Assembly: GCA_002245135.1 (NCBI GenBank)
Contig: NGBS01001199.1
Span: forward strand, 1 to 64,000
DNA length: 64,000 bases
Direction of reading: 5' to 3'
Source of the DNA: Proteromonas lacertae
Lineage: Eukaryota
Shown here: positions 33,075 to 45,369 of the stretch, piece by piece
Layout of the letters: each line of letters starts with the position of its first letter
How positions within the stretch are numbered: position 1 is the first letter of the stretch
Program-made: the position numbers and the translations under genes
Notes under the pieces: generated by a model
What the model was told of the DNA's origin: nothing
The model's database searches: none
The model's input: only the letters and a program-made list of their open reading frames with translations

Positions 33075-34643
33075 GGTTGGATTTATCTATGATAACAAAT
33101 TAGAATGTTTGATATTTGCTATATTTTCTATTTTATTACCTATGATAAATGTCTTGTATATCTAGTATAAGCAGTTGAAAAATCATGTAACCATAAAGCT
33201 TCAATCATAGATGGTATTATTATGTATTTTGAGCATGTTGTTATAATCACTGATGCTATACAGCTCAAAATACTTTATGGTATTATACTTGTATTAAATG
33301 CTTTTAGTAGATTAATGTAATCTTTATATGTTTCTTTTCTTCCATACTAATTATGATAGATAATTTCAATTCATCTTTGGTATAGCTTATTCATCAATAT
33401 CAACATTTATAATATAATCTGAATTGTATTCTAATATTAAAATAAGACTCTACTATACCTAATTTTTGAAATTGTTTAAGTTAGTTTTTGATTGTTATAC
33501 TAGCATCAAAAATATTTAGTTATTCCATCATTATTATTTTTTAAAGATGTTAAACACTAAGTTTATTTTTTTATTGGATATTGCCATATTTCAATATGAA
33601 TAATATTATTCATTCATTTATCATACACAATAATTTCATTATTCATTTCATTCATATTTTCATTTCTTATCATAGCGAATTGTAAGATATTAACTCTCAC
33701 ATAACTATTGTATATCCCTATAATTGAATTTTATAGAATAAATGTATTATACTTGTATAGTTAGTCAATTATAAATGTATTTTATAGATTCATATATTTA
33801 TTAATTTGTTACTATGAATGTAAAAGGAATATTTGATCATACATTTTCTATAAATTCATTTTTGTATTTGTTATAAAATATTTTTATGATATGGAGAATG
33901 TTTAGTCTTCCTCCGCATAAATTCATAATTTAGAATTTATATTCCTAATTCCTTAAGTAAATACAAATTATTATACATTAAAGAAATTATATTCATCAGG
34001 TATGTTGTGCGTCATTTGTCAGAGTTGGCCGTTTGCCTACCAGACACTTTCAAAACAAACTAAATACATATTCTTACTTGTCTTGATGAAAAATTGTTAC
34101 TTTTATTTTAACATTTTGTATATGATAGACATGTCACGATATGACTTAATTAGTCTATGTAACAAATTTATTTACATAATCTATTAATACATTTTAAGTA
34201 CATGAATAATATAATATATTATCATACAACTCACTTCTGTTGTTGATATAATTAAAAAAATGTAACTAAAAACTTGAATTTTCTTCCCTTATTTGTACGA
34301 AAATTAATATTTTGATATAAACACTTGTTTTATGTGCACATGTTTTTCATCTAAATCTATAATTTTAGTTACAAAGTTAATATCTACAATATAAACAGAA
34401 ATACAATCTTTAATCGACATGATTCTCAAAGCTACAACAAATTAATGTATTTCATATTTCAATGCCTTCTATAAAAATCATTCATTTCAGTGTGTAGCCA
34501 ATTACAATAGATTTTTAACACTTAGCTTCTTTTGTATAAATTACAAAGTTATAATTTATGTGTTGTTTTTTGTTTTATATAATAGTATCAATGATTATGA
34601 AATGATACACATAAGTCACAGAAGAAAATTGAGAAGTGAAAAA

Positions 34644-34701
34644 TGTCTCCTAGACAAACGGCGTATTTCTAAATCTTCTCACGCCGTTTGTCTAGGAGAC
34701 A
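34644..34701. repeat. Perfect 21-bp inverted repeat with a 16-nt spacer
   Basis: TGTCTCCTAGACAAACGGCGT / ACGCCGTTTGTCTAGGAGACA. Confidence 0.95.
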
Positions 34702-34907
34702 CTTTTGATTTCTCATATTTCATATATGAGATAATCATAATATATTATTAACAAATATAACAAAATTGAAATCAGAAAATAAGTTGAAACAACATTCAAC
34801 TCAAATCTTTTTCCAAAATTGGTTTTTATGTTATGTGGATGTGTTTACCTAACAAACACATTGTAATTATATAAAGATACTTTTTAGAATTTTTAAAGAA
34901 AATGAAA

Positions 34908-36259
34908 TTATTTAAATCTATAAATGTTTCTTTTGTTGTAAATGTAAAATAAATTAGCTTTTTCTTCGTTATTTAAACTTTCAATACCTTCAATTAAATC
35001 ATCAATGAAGTATTTTATATTAAAACTTTCTATATTTTGAATCTTTGTTATTTCCAAATTATTCAATCTTGCTCCAAGAAAGAATAAACAGTAATATCCA
35101 CAAGTTACAACATCTGTTTGATGAACTTTTGTATCTACTATTTCATATGATTCTAATTCACGATTGCAAGAATGAAAGAGTTGTTTAATATTCTTTATTA
35201 CTATATTTCTTGGTTCTTTGCTCATATAAATTGCTAAACTGTCATATATTCTAAACATCATATAATCATTAGGAACATAATCTACTTCCCATAAACTCCA
35301 ATGACTTTGATTTGGATCACATACTGGAAAATAATAAATTCCTTTTTCACTTATCTTTTTTTTATTATCCTTTTGCTTTTCATTTAAAAATACAACACCA
35401 GGATCAATAACATTCTTATTGTTGTTGGAAATATAATGTAATAAAAACAGGAATTCATCACCTTTTAGTTGATTGTTAATATTTAAATGACTCACCAATT
35501 CTTTGCAATTTGCTTCATATTTCGGTTGTTGATGTTGTCCATAGAATCTTACATGACCAATATCATTATATCCTTTAATTTTCTTTACAAACAACAAACT
35601 ATCATGAGTGTGATCATCATATGTAATTGATGCAACACTAGTATCTTTTCTATTTACCATTTTACATGCATATTTTAAAGTCATTGAATTACGCTCTATC
35701 AAAAGGTGTATATAGGTTTTGAATAGATCAATCATGAGAATAATATCAACATCGCTTATATATGGATGATCTTCAGACATCTTTATCATTAGCATTACAG
35801 CAGCCAATATTTCTGTTGCTTCAGGAAAGTTAGTATTAACATTAGTCTTGACAATCTTATATTGAGATATTATTTCACCTACACTTCTATCATATCTACC
35901 AATACGACGAATACCTTCTGCATAATCATCTTCACCAAATGAATCTATAACTTCGATTGTTTTATTATCATGATGAACGATAACAATGTAATAATTGTAC
36001 TATCTTTAGCTCTAATTATGAATGCTTCCATCTCTTTATTCATTATCATTTGTTTATCTTTACATACGTAATAATGTTGATTTAAATTGTATAATTCCAA
36101 TATGAAATGAATTTCATTTAATCCAAGTTGAATTTTTCCAATACTTTTTATAAATCTTTCAACAAATTCCAACTGATCATTAGTTAATGGATCCTTAATA
36201 TCTTCTTCAGAAGTTCTAATACCAAATATATCATACACTGCATTCTTCTTTGGATTCAT
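34908..36259 (-). CDS. Ulp1-like (C48) cysteine protease region, probably the C-terminal part of the transposase gene; frameshifted
   Basis: Catalytic H/D/C motifs SHWSLW, IYDSL and HQTDVVTCGYYC in ORF 34908-35807. Confidence 0.8.
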
Positions 36260-36457
36260 TACTATTTGCTGAAGTCTTTTTTCATAGGTGTTAATATCCT
36301 TTTTTTAGGATTAGGATGAATCTATTTAATATAAATTATCATCAAATATACTAGTATTTTGTCTGCTGTTTTCTTCATATTCTCTAATAATTCTGATGAA
36401 ACTTCAAGCTTTATTAAAGGTGTAGATGATACTAATGGAATTTGCATGTTTTCATTT

Positions 36458-38034
36458 CTATTCATTAGATAGTAATAATTTAATAATATACACTAAATAT
36501 TGCTTTTTATTAACTTTATCATCTCTAACTAATGCTAGACTCTTTTCATCTTGGCACATCTTTCTTTTCACAGCTGTAATAACCACATCTCCATGTTCTG
36601 GATTAACTAGTTTATTTCCTAATTTCTTAATGGAATCATCTCTCATTTTGTTATTATAATTGAAGTTTCTTTCGTTTATATAATCTTGAAACTGTTCTAT
36701 GATATTTCCATTTTGTGTTATATCTTTTTTGATTCTATCTTTATAATCTTCTTCTTCCATTATTGTTACTTCACCATTACCACTATTGCCACCATCATCA
36801 CTATTATCGCTATCATTACCATCTTCATCTACATCTATAACATGATCAGAACCACCATTATTGCCATTAACGCCATTAGCACCTTCTTCTTCTTCATATT
36901 CACTGTCTGCTTTAACTTCTTCGCCATCACTGTCATCATTACCATCATTATTATCACCTTCTATATTAGTATAATCTGGTTTAAACTTCTTATTCTGAAT
37001 CATCAACTCTTTCATGTCCATAAAGAATAAGGATCTTCCTTTACAATTTGTTCTTCTGCATCTATGATTATTAATTATTTCTGTTATTCTTTCCAAGCAT
37101 TCAGTCCAATAAACATCAGGATTATCAACCTTCATAGCTGCTATCTTTTCTTTAATGAATCTATTATATCTCTCCACTTTACCATTGCACTGTGGGTGTC
37201 TTGGCTTGCTATGCGCGATTATAATACCATATTTACTAAGCATATCTTTCATTAAAGCATTTTTGAATTCTTTACCATTATCCATCTGCATAATTTCAGG
37301 AGGGCCAAAGATTCTTATAAAAGATTGTACATTTTTCACTGTTTCTTTATCTGTTTTGCGTTTCTGGGCATATAACATGATAAAATTAGAGTAATGGTCG
37401 ATGACAGTTAAGATATAATGGTAGAGATCTTCTTCTTTTATGTTCGTGTAATCTTCATTACAATTGTCCATTTCTACAAGATCAATCAAAACTCTTTCTC
37501 TAGGTCTTGTAACAACAATAGGATGTGTTGGTTGTACTCTTTTAGCCTCTTTAAGTTTAATACAATCATAGCAGGTTGTCAAATAAGCTCTAATCATCTT
37601 TCTGTTAATACCATAATAACCATGAACTATATCATTAATTACATCTCTTAAAGATGATTCTTTACAATGGGCATTATCTCTATGTAACTTGTCTAAGAAG
37701 TCGAATGAATCTTCCAATTTAATGACTTCTCTTCCTTTAAAATACAGTTTACCTGTAGATTCATCGCAAGTGTAATAGCCTCTATTGGCTGAAGTTCCAG
37801 CTAAATCATGAAAGAACTTGTACTTATTCTTATCAAAAGCTGCACAATCACGAGTCTTTTTATTGTTCTTTCCCTTCGGCTTTACCACCTTCTCTGGTTG
37901 GTCATTTTTTGCCAGTAGCACCTTTATCTTCTCATAATAAAGAGTTTTATGATCGCTCTTTATGACGCTTTCTAGATTTAGAATGTCAGACCTATGATAG
38001 AGATTATAATAGGAATAGATAGAATGATATACAT
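36458..38034 (-). CDS. Retroviral-type (rve) DD35E integrase/transposase with HHCC Zn finger
   Basis: LHRDNAH..CYDC, LIDLVEM, LTVIDHYS, QMDNGKEF, HPQCNGKVER (35 residues between D and E). A GT-AG intron at 37992-38032 splits the ATG and extends the ORF in frame. Confidence 0.92.
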
Positions 38035-38769
38035 TTATAGAAATTATAGTAGTAGAATAGCTTTTATAGATATTTTACTGTGTTATTTTATAATACTCTT
38101 ACCCCCCCAAAAAAAAAATGATTCATTATTTAAGATGTAAGTGTAACAATATATATAAAAATATATCTTCTTTTTTCTTTTCTTTTGACTATTTTAAATT
38201 ATACCAATGTAATAATTTACCAATCATTCATTACAATTGTTATATGTGTTGTATTATTATAGTAATCATTCAATACAATTTACCAATAATTCTTTTTATT
38301 TATATAAATTCTGATTATTGAAAATGTATTTTTCATCAATTTGGTAATAATATTTCTAGAAGAAGAAAGAATAATTATCATCTTATTCTACTATAATTCT
38401 TCTAAAACCATTATCAACACTATTCCACTTTCATTTTTTTATTTGTATTTTTCATTTAATTTCTTTTCTTTCTCATATCATATTTTCAATCTTTGCTTCA
38501 TCTTGGGCACCAAATACTATCTCATCATATTGATCTTCAAATCTTGCTAAATTCATTATAAAGATATTATCTAATGTAAATGTCTTGGTTATTGCAATTA
38601 TCTTTAAAGTTTTGAATTAATATTAAACTCTCTTTGAAATTATCAATCACTTCATAATATACTAGAATTTTCATAAACATTGTCTCTTATACGTTTATAA
38701 ATTGTATAAATATGGGATATGGAGTAATGGGTAGTTTGAATAACATCTCAGTATTTAAAAATTCTTTTA

Positions 38770-40810
38770 TCTTTTCATTCAACTTTTGTTTATTGAATAT
38801 TTTCTACTGCAAATGCCACAGTATCTACTGTTTGAGTTTCACCTGCTTCAATATCGATTTGGGTTGGTTCTATTGTGAATATTCCATCATTATTTTTCAT
38901 TGACAAATCAACTGTTGTAGAAAATATTCCATTATTACTGAATTGAATTGTTTCACAATTACTAGCTTTTAAAGATGGATTGTTTTCTCTCATATTTATG
39001 TTTTTGCCTATTAATAACTGACCAAATTCATAATATCCTTTGTTCTTAATTTATCTCTTACTTATTATTTGTTGTTCATTCTTTTGTTTTATTGATTTCA
39101 TAAATATATCTTTCGGATTTTGATTAATTTTTGGATAATCACAAATACCACTGATTAGAACTTCATACGTTTTATCTTTATTAACTACCTCAAAGTGGAA
39201 ACAATAGTTTAATTTACCAGTTTCTAATTATTCAAATGTCACTTTCAATGGCAATTCTTTATCAGGTTCTAATTTCCATCTTGTGGCATTATTTTCATCT
39301 ATTAATTTATAATTACTTGTTGGTATTAAGGGTTTTCTTGGAATTTGCTTCTTAACTAATTGGAATACTACTGGAGGTGGAACTTTCCAATCTCCATATG
39401 TATTAAACAATGGAACTGTTTCTTTGATTTCTTGAATCATTATATCAATATCACTTTCACCATTGTTATTGATTATATCACATAATAAACCAACTCCAAA
39501 TGGTGGAGGTGGTGGTGGTTTTTCTTTTTTACCTTTCTATGAGTTTTTATCTCCTTTCTTATCAATTGATTTACTTCTTTTTCCTCCTTTCTTTGGATCA
39601 GATAAAGCTGATCTTTCTTCTACTACTGGTTCTGGTTCTTCAGGTGGTGGTAATTCCACTGCCAATTTATCACCTACATTTCTTACTTCAGTTTGAATTA
39701 CATTATAATCTTTATATTATACAATAAGTTATTCCTCCTTGTACTTTGATTGGAATTGCTAAATCATATCTTCCATAAGGTAAATCAGATTTCGCTGTAA
39801 TACTAGCTGTAAATGTCACTGTTGAACTTTCTAGTAATCTTTTCACTTCATCTGGAGTTAATGTATATCCACTCTCTTTTAAAGTTCTTCTTTCTATTCC
39901 GAAATTCACTGGTAAATTACCTATGTTAGTTATTGTAAATGTCTTCATCTTACTATCAATTCGAACTACATTACCAAAATCTACTACAACCTAAATGTAA
40001 ATTAGATATTTTCTTATTCGCCATTTTTGTTGTTTTGCCTGTTTTATTACTGATATTTGTTAAACCAGTTTCAGGTGTTTTTGTGGTTTTATCAACTACT
40101 CCTTCACTTTTTGAACCATTTACAGATGTTCCATTTAATTCTTTCTCTTTTCGAGCTAAACATAAATCAGCAGGATTTTGATTGTTTATTTCATCTAATA
40201 ATAAATCAATATAATATAATCTTAATGCTTCAAATTCTCTATCAACTGTGATTTATAATCCTGTTGTATTCTTTCCTGAAGGTAATTTGCTCGTATTTGT
40301 TCGTATTTATCATTCTGTTGTGAATTCTTACTTCTGACAGAAACTGATTTTTGACTATTTACTCTTGCAGATTACTGTTTCTTGTTTTCATCTTTTTCTT
40401 TTTCTTTACATTTTTCTTCTTCTGCATTTGTATTTGCTATTGTTGGTTCTTCACTATGTGGTGCTAATTCTCCTTCTAGTTTTGGTTCTGGTGGTAATTC
40501 TTTTAACCATGTGTTGGTGAATTAACTGGAACTCCATCTACAATTATTGGCTTTTCAGCTTCAACTGGTTTTTCTTTTTCTTCTTCTGTTGATGGTTGTT
40601 CTGGTTTTTGTTGTTGTGTTTCTTCTCCTTCAGTATTTACTGTATTATTATTACTTTCATCTATTGAAGATTCTACTACTTCAGGTAAAGATAGTTGGTG
40701 TTTGATTGGTGATGGTAAAGCTGGAAATGATAATGGATGTTCTGTATTGGATAATTCAATCAATCTATCAGCTTCTTCTAAGTAATATTCCCAATTATCT
40801 GGTATTCAGC
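38770..40810 (-). pseudogene. HYDIN: Second Hydin-like fragment, frameshifted and internally deleted
   Basis: VDFGN, FTITNIGNLPVNF..IPIKVQGG, VPPPVVFQLVK, RWKLEP, GICDYPKI, YEFGQLLIGK. Confidence 0.7.
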
Positions 40811-41010
40811 ATCATTCGCTTTGATATTTGCATAAATACCTGTTATATAAAGTAGAAAATCTATTGGAACTTAATGAGCTATTTCTATTACTAATTTCTC
40901 TATTACTGAATCTGGAATTCCTACTCTCATTTTAACATAGATTCTTTGTTGACTGTTACAAGGATAAGGTAATCACTCAGCTATGGAAACTCAACGATCT
41001 TGATAAGGAG

Positions 41011-41313
41011 GTGGAAGCCCTTACTGACTTTATCATCCAGCACGTCACCGACTTTGAGAACGTCGTAAGCAATCGCATAGGGATGATGACTAGAGCTAAC
41101 TTCAGAACCCTTTGCCGTGACTACTCCAAGATATATGATGAGCTGATATCCATTCTCAAGTACCCAGTCTTACAACTCCAGGACAATCTCTACGTACCAT
41201 TAGACTGGGACTCTTTCAAGAGCCTTAAGAAGTTCCATGATCAAGTTGATGATCTCAAGCAGTCCATAGCTAAGATTCAAACGATTGCTAACTCCTTCTT
41301 AAGCTTATTCTAA
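41011..41313 (+). CDS. Hypothetical protein (ORFan), GC-richer module
   Basis: Intact ORF in a compact intronless cluster. Confidence 0.5.
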   Translation: MEALTDFIIQHVTDFENVVSNRIGMMTRANFRTLCRDYSKIYDELISILKYPVLQLQDNLYVPLDWDSFKSLKKFHDQVDDLKQSIAKIQTIANSFLSLF

Positions 41314-41450
41314 TTTCCTTTACTTTGCTTACTCTCGTTATTGTTTCTGGGAATCCCTAAGCACTAGTTTTATAATAAAAAATACTGTTTAAGTAAAGCT
41401 TCAATGTTCTTGCTCCCACCAGTTGAGAAGGTGCTCCTCGGAGTCGATGA

Positions 41451-42530
41451 TCAGCTGGGAGACGTACTTCCTAGTCTCAATAAGAGCTCCTTGAAGGTGT
41501 AAGATGTAATCGATCCTTGACTCTTGATAGTACCATCTCGTTTCTTTGCTTTACGACTCTTACTATTACTCAAGACACTTGCGTAAGTGATTGCTTTAGT
41601 AACTTCTTCCTGGTCCTTGTGCTTCACTTGAGGAGCTTCTTGCGGTGTCTCCTTCTTGAACATCATCAACCAACAGTAAGTATGGAGTAGACACTCCTCC
41701 ATAATCTGGACGATCTCCTTGAACTTCTCTTGAAGCTTAACGATATCATCTTCATAGTAGTACAGTTCAGTAATGACTTTACTATCTAGTCTATCGCACT
41801 TCTCCTTCATAATATAGAACTGCTCTAGCAAGTGATCGACCTCATTGTCGGAGATGTTAACATCTCTCAAGAGGCTTCTTGTTAACTCTCGATCAGCAAA
41901 GTAGTTCTCCTCCACAGCATTAAAGTAAGTGTTGATCTGGCAGGCTCCGTTCTTGATAGTACTGATGTACTCACAGTGCTTACCAAAGAGATTGTAAGGG
42001 TCCAGGCAGGTTGTCATCCACGAGACTGCATTAACCATCAAGCAATGGAACTTAAGTCTTAGACTAGCAGCTTTCTTATAGACTGGATAGTAGATCTCAG
42101 ACTTACACTTTCCCATCGTGTACTCTGCTGATATCATTCCTTCCATGGAGTATAGGAATAGACATGCCCGGCTCTGGTAAATGCTCTTCTCTACGATCTC
42201 ATGATCCTTCAACTCACAGTCGGTAATGCGATGTAGGCAAGTCCTTAACACTTCCTTAGCTTTGATCACTGACTGATGAACTACCTTGAGTAACATCCTT
42301 ATTGAGCTGTGAACTTCCAAGTCACTCTCAGTGATTCCTTTGTTAGCATTGTCGATCATGATAAAGTGCGTATCCAGAGCTAATTGTTCACACTCCGATA
42401 ACTTCTCTTGAGCTTCCTTGACTAGAAGAGTCCATTCATTACCTTCTTGGATTCCACGATCGGCCTTAAGAATACACACTCTCGGGTAGATTGGTAAGAG
42501 TCTCTTATCTGGTTGATGAATTGAGATCAT
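41451..42530 (-). CDS. Hypothetical helical protein (359 aa)
   Basis: Long intact ORF; no recognised motif. Confidence 0.7.
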   Translation of the reverse strand: MISIHQPDKRLLPIYPRVCILKADRGIQEGNEWTLLVKEAQEKLSECEQLALDTHFIMIDNANKGITESDLEVHSSIRMLLKVVHQSVIKAKEVLRTCLHRITDCELKDHEIVEKSIYQSRACLFLYSMEGMISAEYTMGKCKSEIYYPVYKKAASLRLKFHCLMVNAVSWMTTCLDPYNLFGKHCEYISTIKNGACQINTYFNAVEENYFADRELTRSLLRDVNISDNEVDHLLEQFYIMKEKCDRLDSKVITELYYYEDDIVKLQEKFKEIVQIMEECLLHTYCWLMMFKKETPQEAPQVKHKDQEEVTKAITYASVLSNSKSRKAKKRDGTIKSQGSITSYTFKELLLRLGSTSPS

Positions 42531-42570
42531 GTTTCTGGAGTAGGCAAGAAATTTGATAATAGCTTATCGG

Positions 42571-43155
42571 CTATGAGCTCTTCCTCTGAGGGTGTCGATG
42601 ATGATGATGATGATGACTTCTTCGATCCGATGAATCTACAGCCTGATGCTTTACGTACTTTCTCTTGACCCTGAATGTGAGCTGACGACATCTCTTGAGT
42701 TCTTCTCGTTGATCAGGAGTAAGTCGATGAGCTTCTCGGTTAAAGATCTCCTCGGGACTTAGAGTTCTTTCAGTCATGCTCCCATCCTTGTTAAACTTAA
42801 AGATCATTATCGTGGCGTCCAGATCGATAGTGCAATACTTACACTTCCTATGAGAGTCTTGGTCATTGTCAGAGTCACTTCCATCCATAGAGTTGTATTC
42901 CACTCCTTGATAAATTACCTTACTGTACTTTTGCTTACCACTGATAAACAAGTCCTCGGAGGATTCATTGAGTGCCTCAATGCTTCTTCGGGACTTCTCT
43001 ATCTCCTTTAAATCTTGATCCAACTTCATTTGAATCTTGCTCCTTGTTCTCTCATCCACCTTCTTCACATTCACGTGGACGTGTTTATTCCTTTGCTTAC
43101 TCTCACTTACTTCATCGATGAGTTCCCAGACTTTCTCGGGATAGATGATCATCAA
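42571..43155 (-). CDS. Hypothetical protein (194 aa) with a His-rich tail
   Basis: Intact ORF, co-oriented with its neighbours. Confidence 0.6.
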   Translation of the reverse strand: MMIIYPEKVWELIDEVSESKQRNKHVHVNVKKVDERTRSKIQMKLDQDLKEIEKSRRSIEALNESSEDLFISGKQKYSKVIYQGVEYNSMDGSDSDNDQDSHRKCKYCTIDLDATIMIFKFNKDGSMTERTLSPEEIFNREAHRLTPDQREELKRCRQLTFRVKRKYVKHQAVDSSDRRSHHHHHHRHPQRKSS

Positions 43156-43192
43156 GTCTCCATCCTTCCAATAGCCCGAGGTAAGCGATTGC

Positions 43193-43708
43193 TTATAAAC
43201 CGATCGATAGCTTATAGCGATCAGTGTACTTAGGATTCACTGTTGAAGTCTTGAGCTCTCCGGTCTCAGTAAAGAACTTTGCTTTCAATGAACCTAGTTG
43301 ACTTCTACTATCCTTCATCAAGAGATAGAACGGGTGCTGACGATCGCAACCTGCTGGAACATCCAGGTAGATTCCATCACTCACAGTCTCATTGAACTTC
43401 CTTGAGTTGAATACTTCTACTTCGATCTTGAGGTCCCATAAGAATCGTAAAGCATAACCTTTGTGCAGATCTCGGTACTCGAATATAGATGGGTAGTCGT
43501 ACCTCCGAAGCTTCGTTGAATCTCTGCATCCACAAACGAAAGGAGTGCATCGATAGATTGGAGGAGTAAGGACTGGGTAATGTTGATAGTCGATAGCTAA
43601 GTCCTTGGAGATCTCAGGTAATGTCTTCTCCGAGGATTGCATGGTAGGGACTGTCATCTTTATCGATGAGCTATTGATGGGAATCATGCTCTTCAGGAAT
43701 TCATTCAA
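43193..43708 (-). CDS. Hypothetical protein (171 aa)
   Basis: Intact ORF, co-oriented with its neighbours. Confidence 0.6.
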   Translation of the reverse strand: MNEFLKSMIPINSSSIKMTVPTMQSSEKTLPEISKDLAIDYQHYPVLTPPIYRCTPFVCGCRDSTKLRRYDYPSIFEYRDLHKGYALRFLWDLKIEVEVFNSRKFNETVSDGIYLDVPAGCDRQHPFYLLMKDSRSQLGSLKAKFFTETGELKTSTVNPKYTDRYKLSIGL

Positions 43709-43757
43709 TGAAGGGAGTAGTTCAACTTTTCCTATTGAAATAACCCAAGTGCTTACA

Positions 43758-44111
43758 ATGCCTAAGAAACTTACCCAGGAGAGTGATGAAGAGATCTACG
43801 AGGTTGATGATCCCTTTAACAATGAACCTGACGATGACTCCTTGAAAGCAATTCACTTGAATCTTCCATGGATCCAGATTGCAGGCTTTGCAAGTGATCT
43901 CCAGAACTACTACCATCAAAGGGTAGCTAACAACATTAACTATTCTGAATCAGGTCCTGATAGCTTCATCCTCCTAGATGATCTTCATCGTCTATACGCA
44001 GAAGCCAAGTGGTTAGCAAGAGATCTAAAAGCTGATCTGATGGATGCTGAAGGTACCTTGGAGGAACGCGTTGTTTCAAAGTCCAAGGGTGGTAAGAGAC
44101 GAAGACTCTAA
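43758..44111 (+). CDS. Hypothetical protein with a basic C-terminus (NLS-like KGGKRRRL)
   Basis: ATG at 43758 chosen to avoid overlap with 43193-43708. Confidence 0.5.
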   Translation: MPKKLTQESDEEIYEVDDPFNNEPDDDSLKAIHLNLPWIQIAGFASDLQNYYHQRVANNINYSESGPDSFILLDDLHRLYAEAKWLARDLKADLMDAEGTLEERVVSKSKGGKRRRL

Positions 44112-44265
44112 CTAGCTTAACAACACCCCGAGATAATTCACTTGCTTTATCATCACCTTCTATCTTATTGGGATCAATTTTACATGAGTAAAATCATTTA
44201 TACATGATTGCTTAAGACCGAGAATTCATCTAGTTACAATTTTCCAAACGATCCCGACAAAGTCT

Positions 44266-45042
44266 ATGAGTCCCAGGAAGTCATCACGCAGATCATCATC
44301 ATCAACCAACTCTAGCATTGATAAGTCATCCAAGGAGGGTAAGAAGCTCCGAGTAAAGAAACAAGGAGCTAGTAGTAGAACCATAAGGATGTCATCACCT
44401 ATGATTACGGAGCAAGGTAAAGCAACACTCCGGGAAGAACTCATTAAAGCCATTGTGGATAACTTAAGCTTATTAGCAACCATTGCTCCAGACTACGTTA
44501 ACGATGAACCTTTAAGTACACCACCATCTACTCCTAAGAGACTTACAAGGAAGAACACAGCCCGAGGAAGTAAACAACAACAACAACAACCAAGGAAGAT
44601 GAGCCCAATTAAAGTACCGAGGACATTAGTAGCTACTCGTAAGGCCGGGAATAAACGAGATGTTAGAGTTCATCCAGGATGCGATCGTAAGATACCTTTA
44701 AAGTCCAAGGATGAAGTTAAGCTTATCAAGACTTCTTGTAATGAGACTGGAGGACACGATGCTATCCAGGTAAAGGATCTCGCTTCTTGTAATGGCACGG
44801 TGATACTAGTTAGTCTAGATGGACAGATGATTATGGAGATGGATCCAGACCACAACCAGATAAGACTTCATTTGGATCCTGACTTTAACCTAGCAAAGGA
44901 ATCCATGGAGGTATGGGACAATGCATTCTACGTTCCTTATAATGATACTAAGAACTTCTTCCGAGTCTGTGATGATGCTTTAACCTTGTTGAACCTCCCG
45001 AGAATGGCATCTACCTTCAAGAAGATGGTGAACCACAAGTAG
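44266..45042 (+). CDS. Hypothetical protein with a basic S/R/K-rich N-terminus
   Basis: Intact 258-aa ORF. Confidence 0.65.
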   Translation: MSPRKSSRRSSSSTNSSIDKSSKEGKKLRVKKQGASSRTIRMSSPMITEQGKATLREELIKAIVDNLSLLATIAPDYVNDEPLSTPPSTPKRLTRKNTARGSKQQQQQPRKMSPIKVPRTLVATRKAGNKRDVRVHPGCDRKIPLKSKDEVKLIKTSCNETGGHDAIQVKDLASCNGTVILVSLDGQMIMEMDPDHNQIRLHLDPDFNLAKESMEVWDNAFYVPYNDTKNFFRVCDDALTLLNLPRMASTFKKMVNHK

Positions 45043-45369
45043 TTACCTTATAAGCTTAGTTCATGTACTTACGACAGCTGTCTTGTCTTGGGATGATAAA
45101 CCTTTTCCTTTACCTTGATGAACTTTAATATCAGCTGATGAAGACCTCGGTAATGCTCTTATTGTTGATTGATAAGAACCCTCTTAGCAAAACAATACCG
45201 TAAAGACAAGGGATAAGTAATTACTTTAAGGAACATCAAGAGCTGTAAGCTTATTGATAACATCACCTGTCTTGTATAGTAGCTCCTCCAACTGCTTATC
45301 ATCAGGAGTATAAACAACGACCAACTTGTTGATGATCTTCAAGTAGCTCTGATTCAACGATCGGATACT

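Larger units (their letters stand above)
34003..38034 (-). mobile_element. Ginger-like DNA transposon (integrase plus Ulp1); only one terminus found
   Basis: TGTTGTGCGTCATTTGTC terminus at 34003, rve integrase and C48 protease on the same strand, no RT or LTR seen. Confidence 0.7.

Noticed and set aside
10167..34003. One giant composite transposon bounded by the 299-bp inverted repeats
   Set aside because: The TGTTGTG/CACAACA tips face the intervening DNA, so the repeats are ends of elements lying outside this interval; no TSD.
34908..37921. LTR retrotransposon or Maverick integrase/protease pair
   Set aside because: No RT, RNase H, gag or LTR. The protease is Ulp1/C48-like rather than adenain-like, and a TGTTGTG terminus is adjacent.
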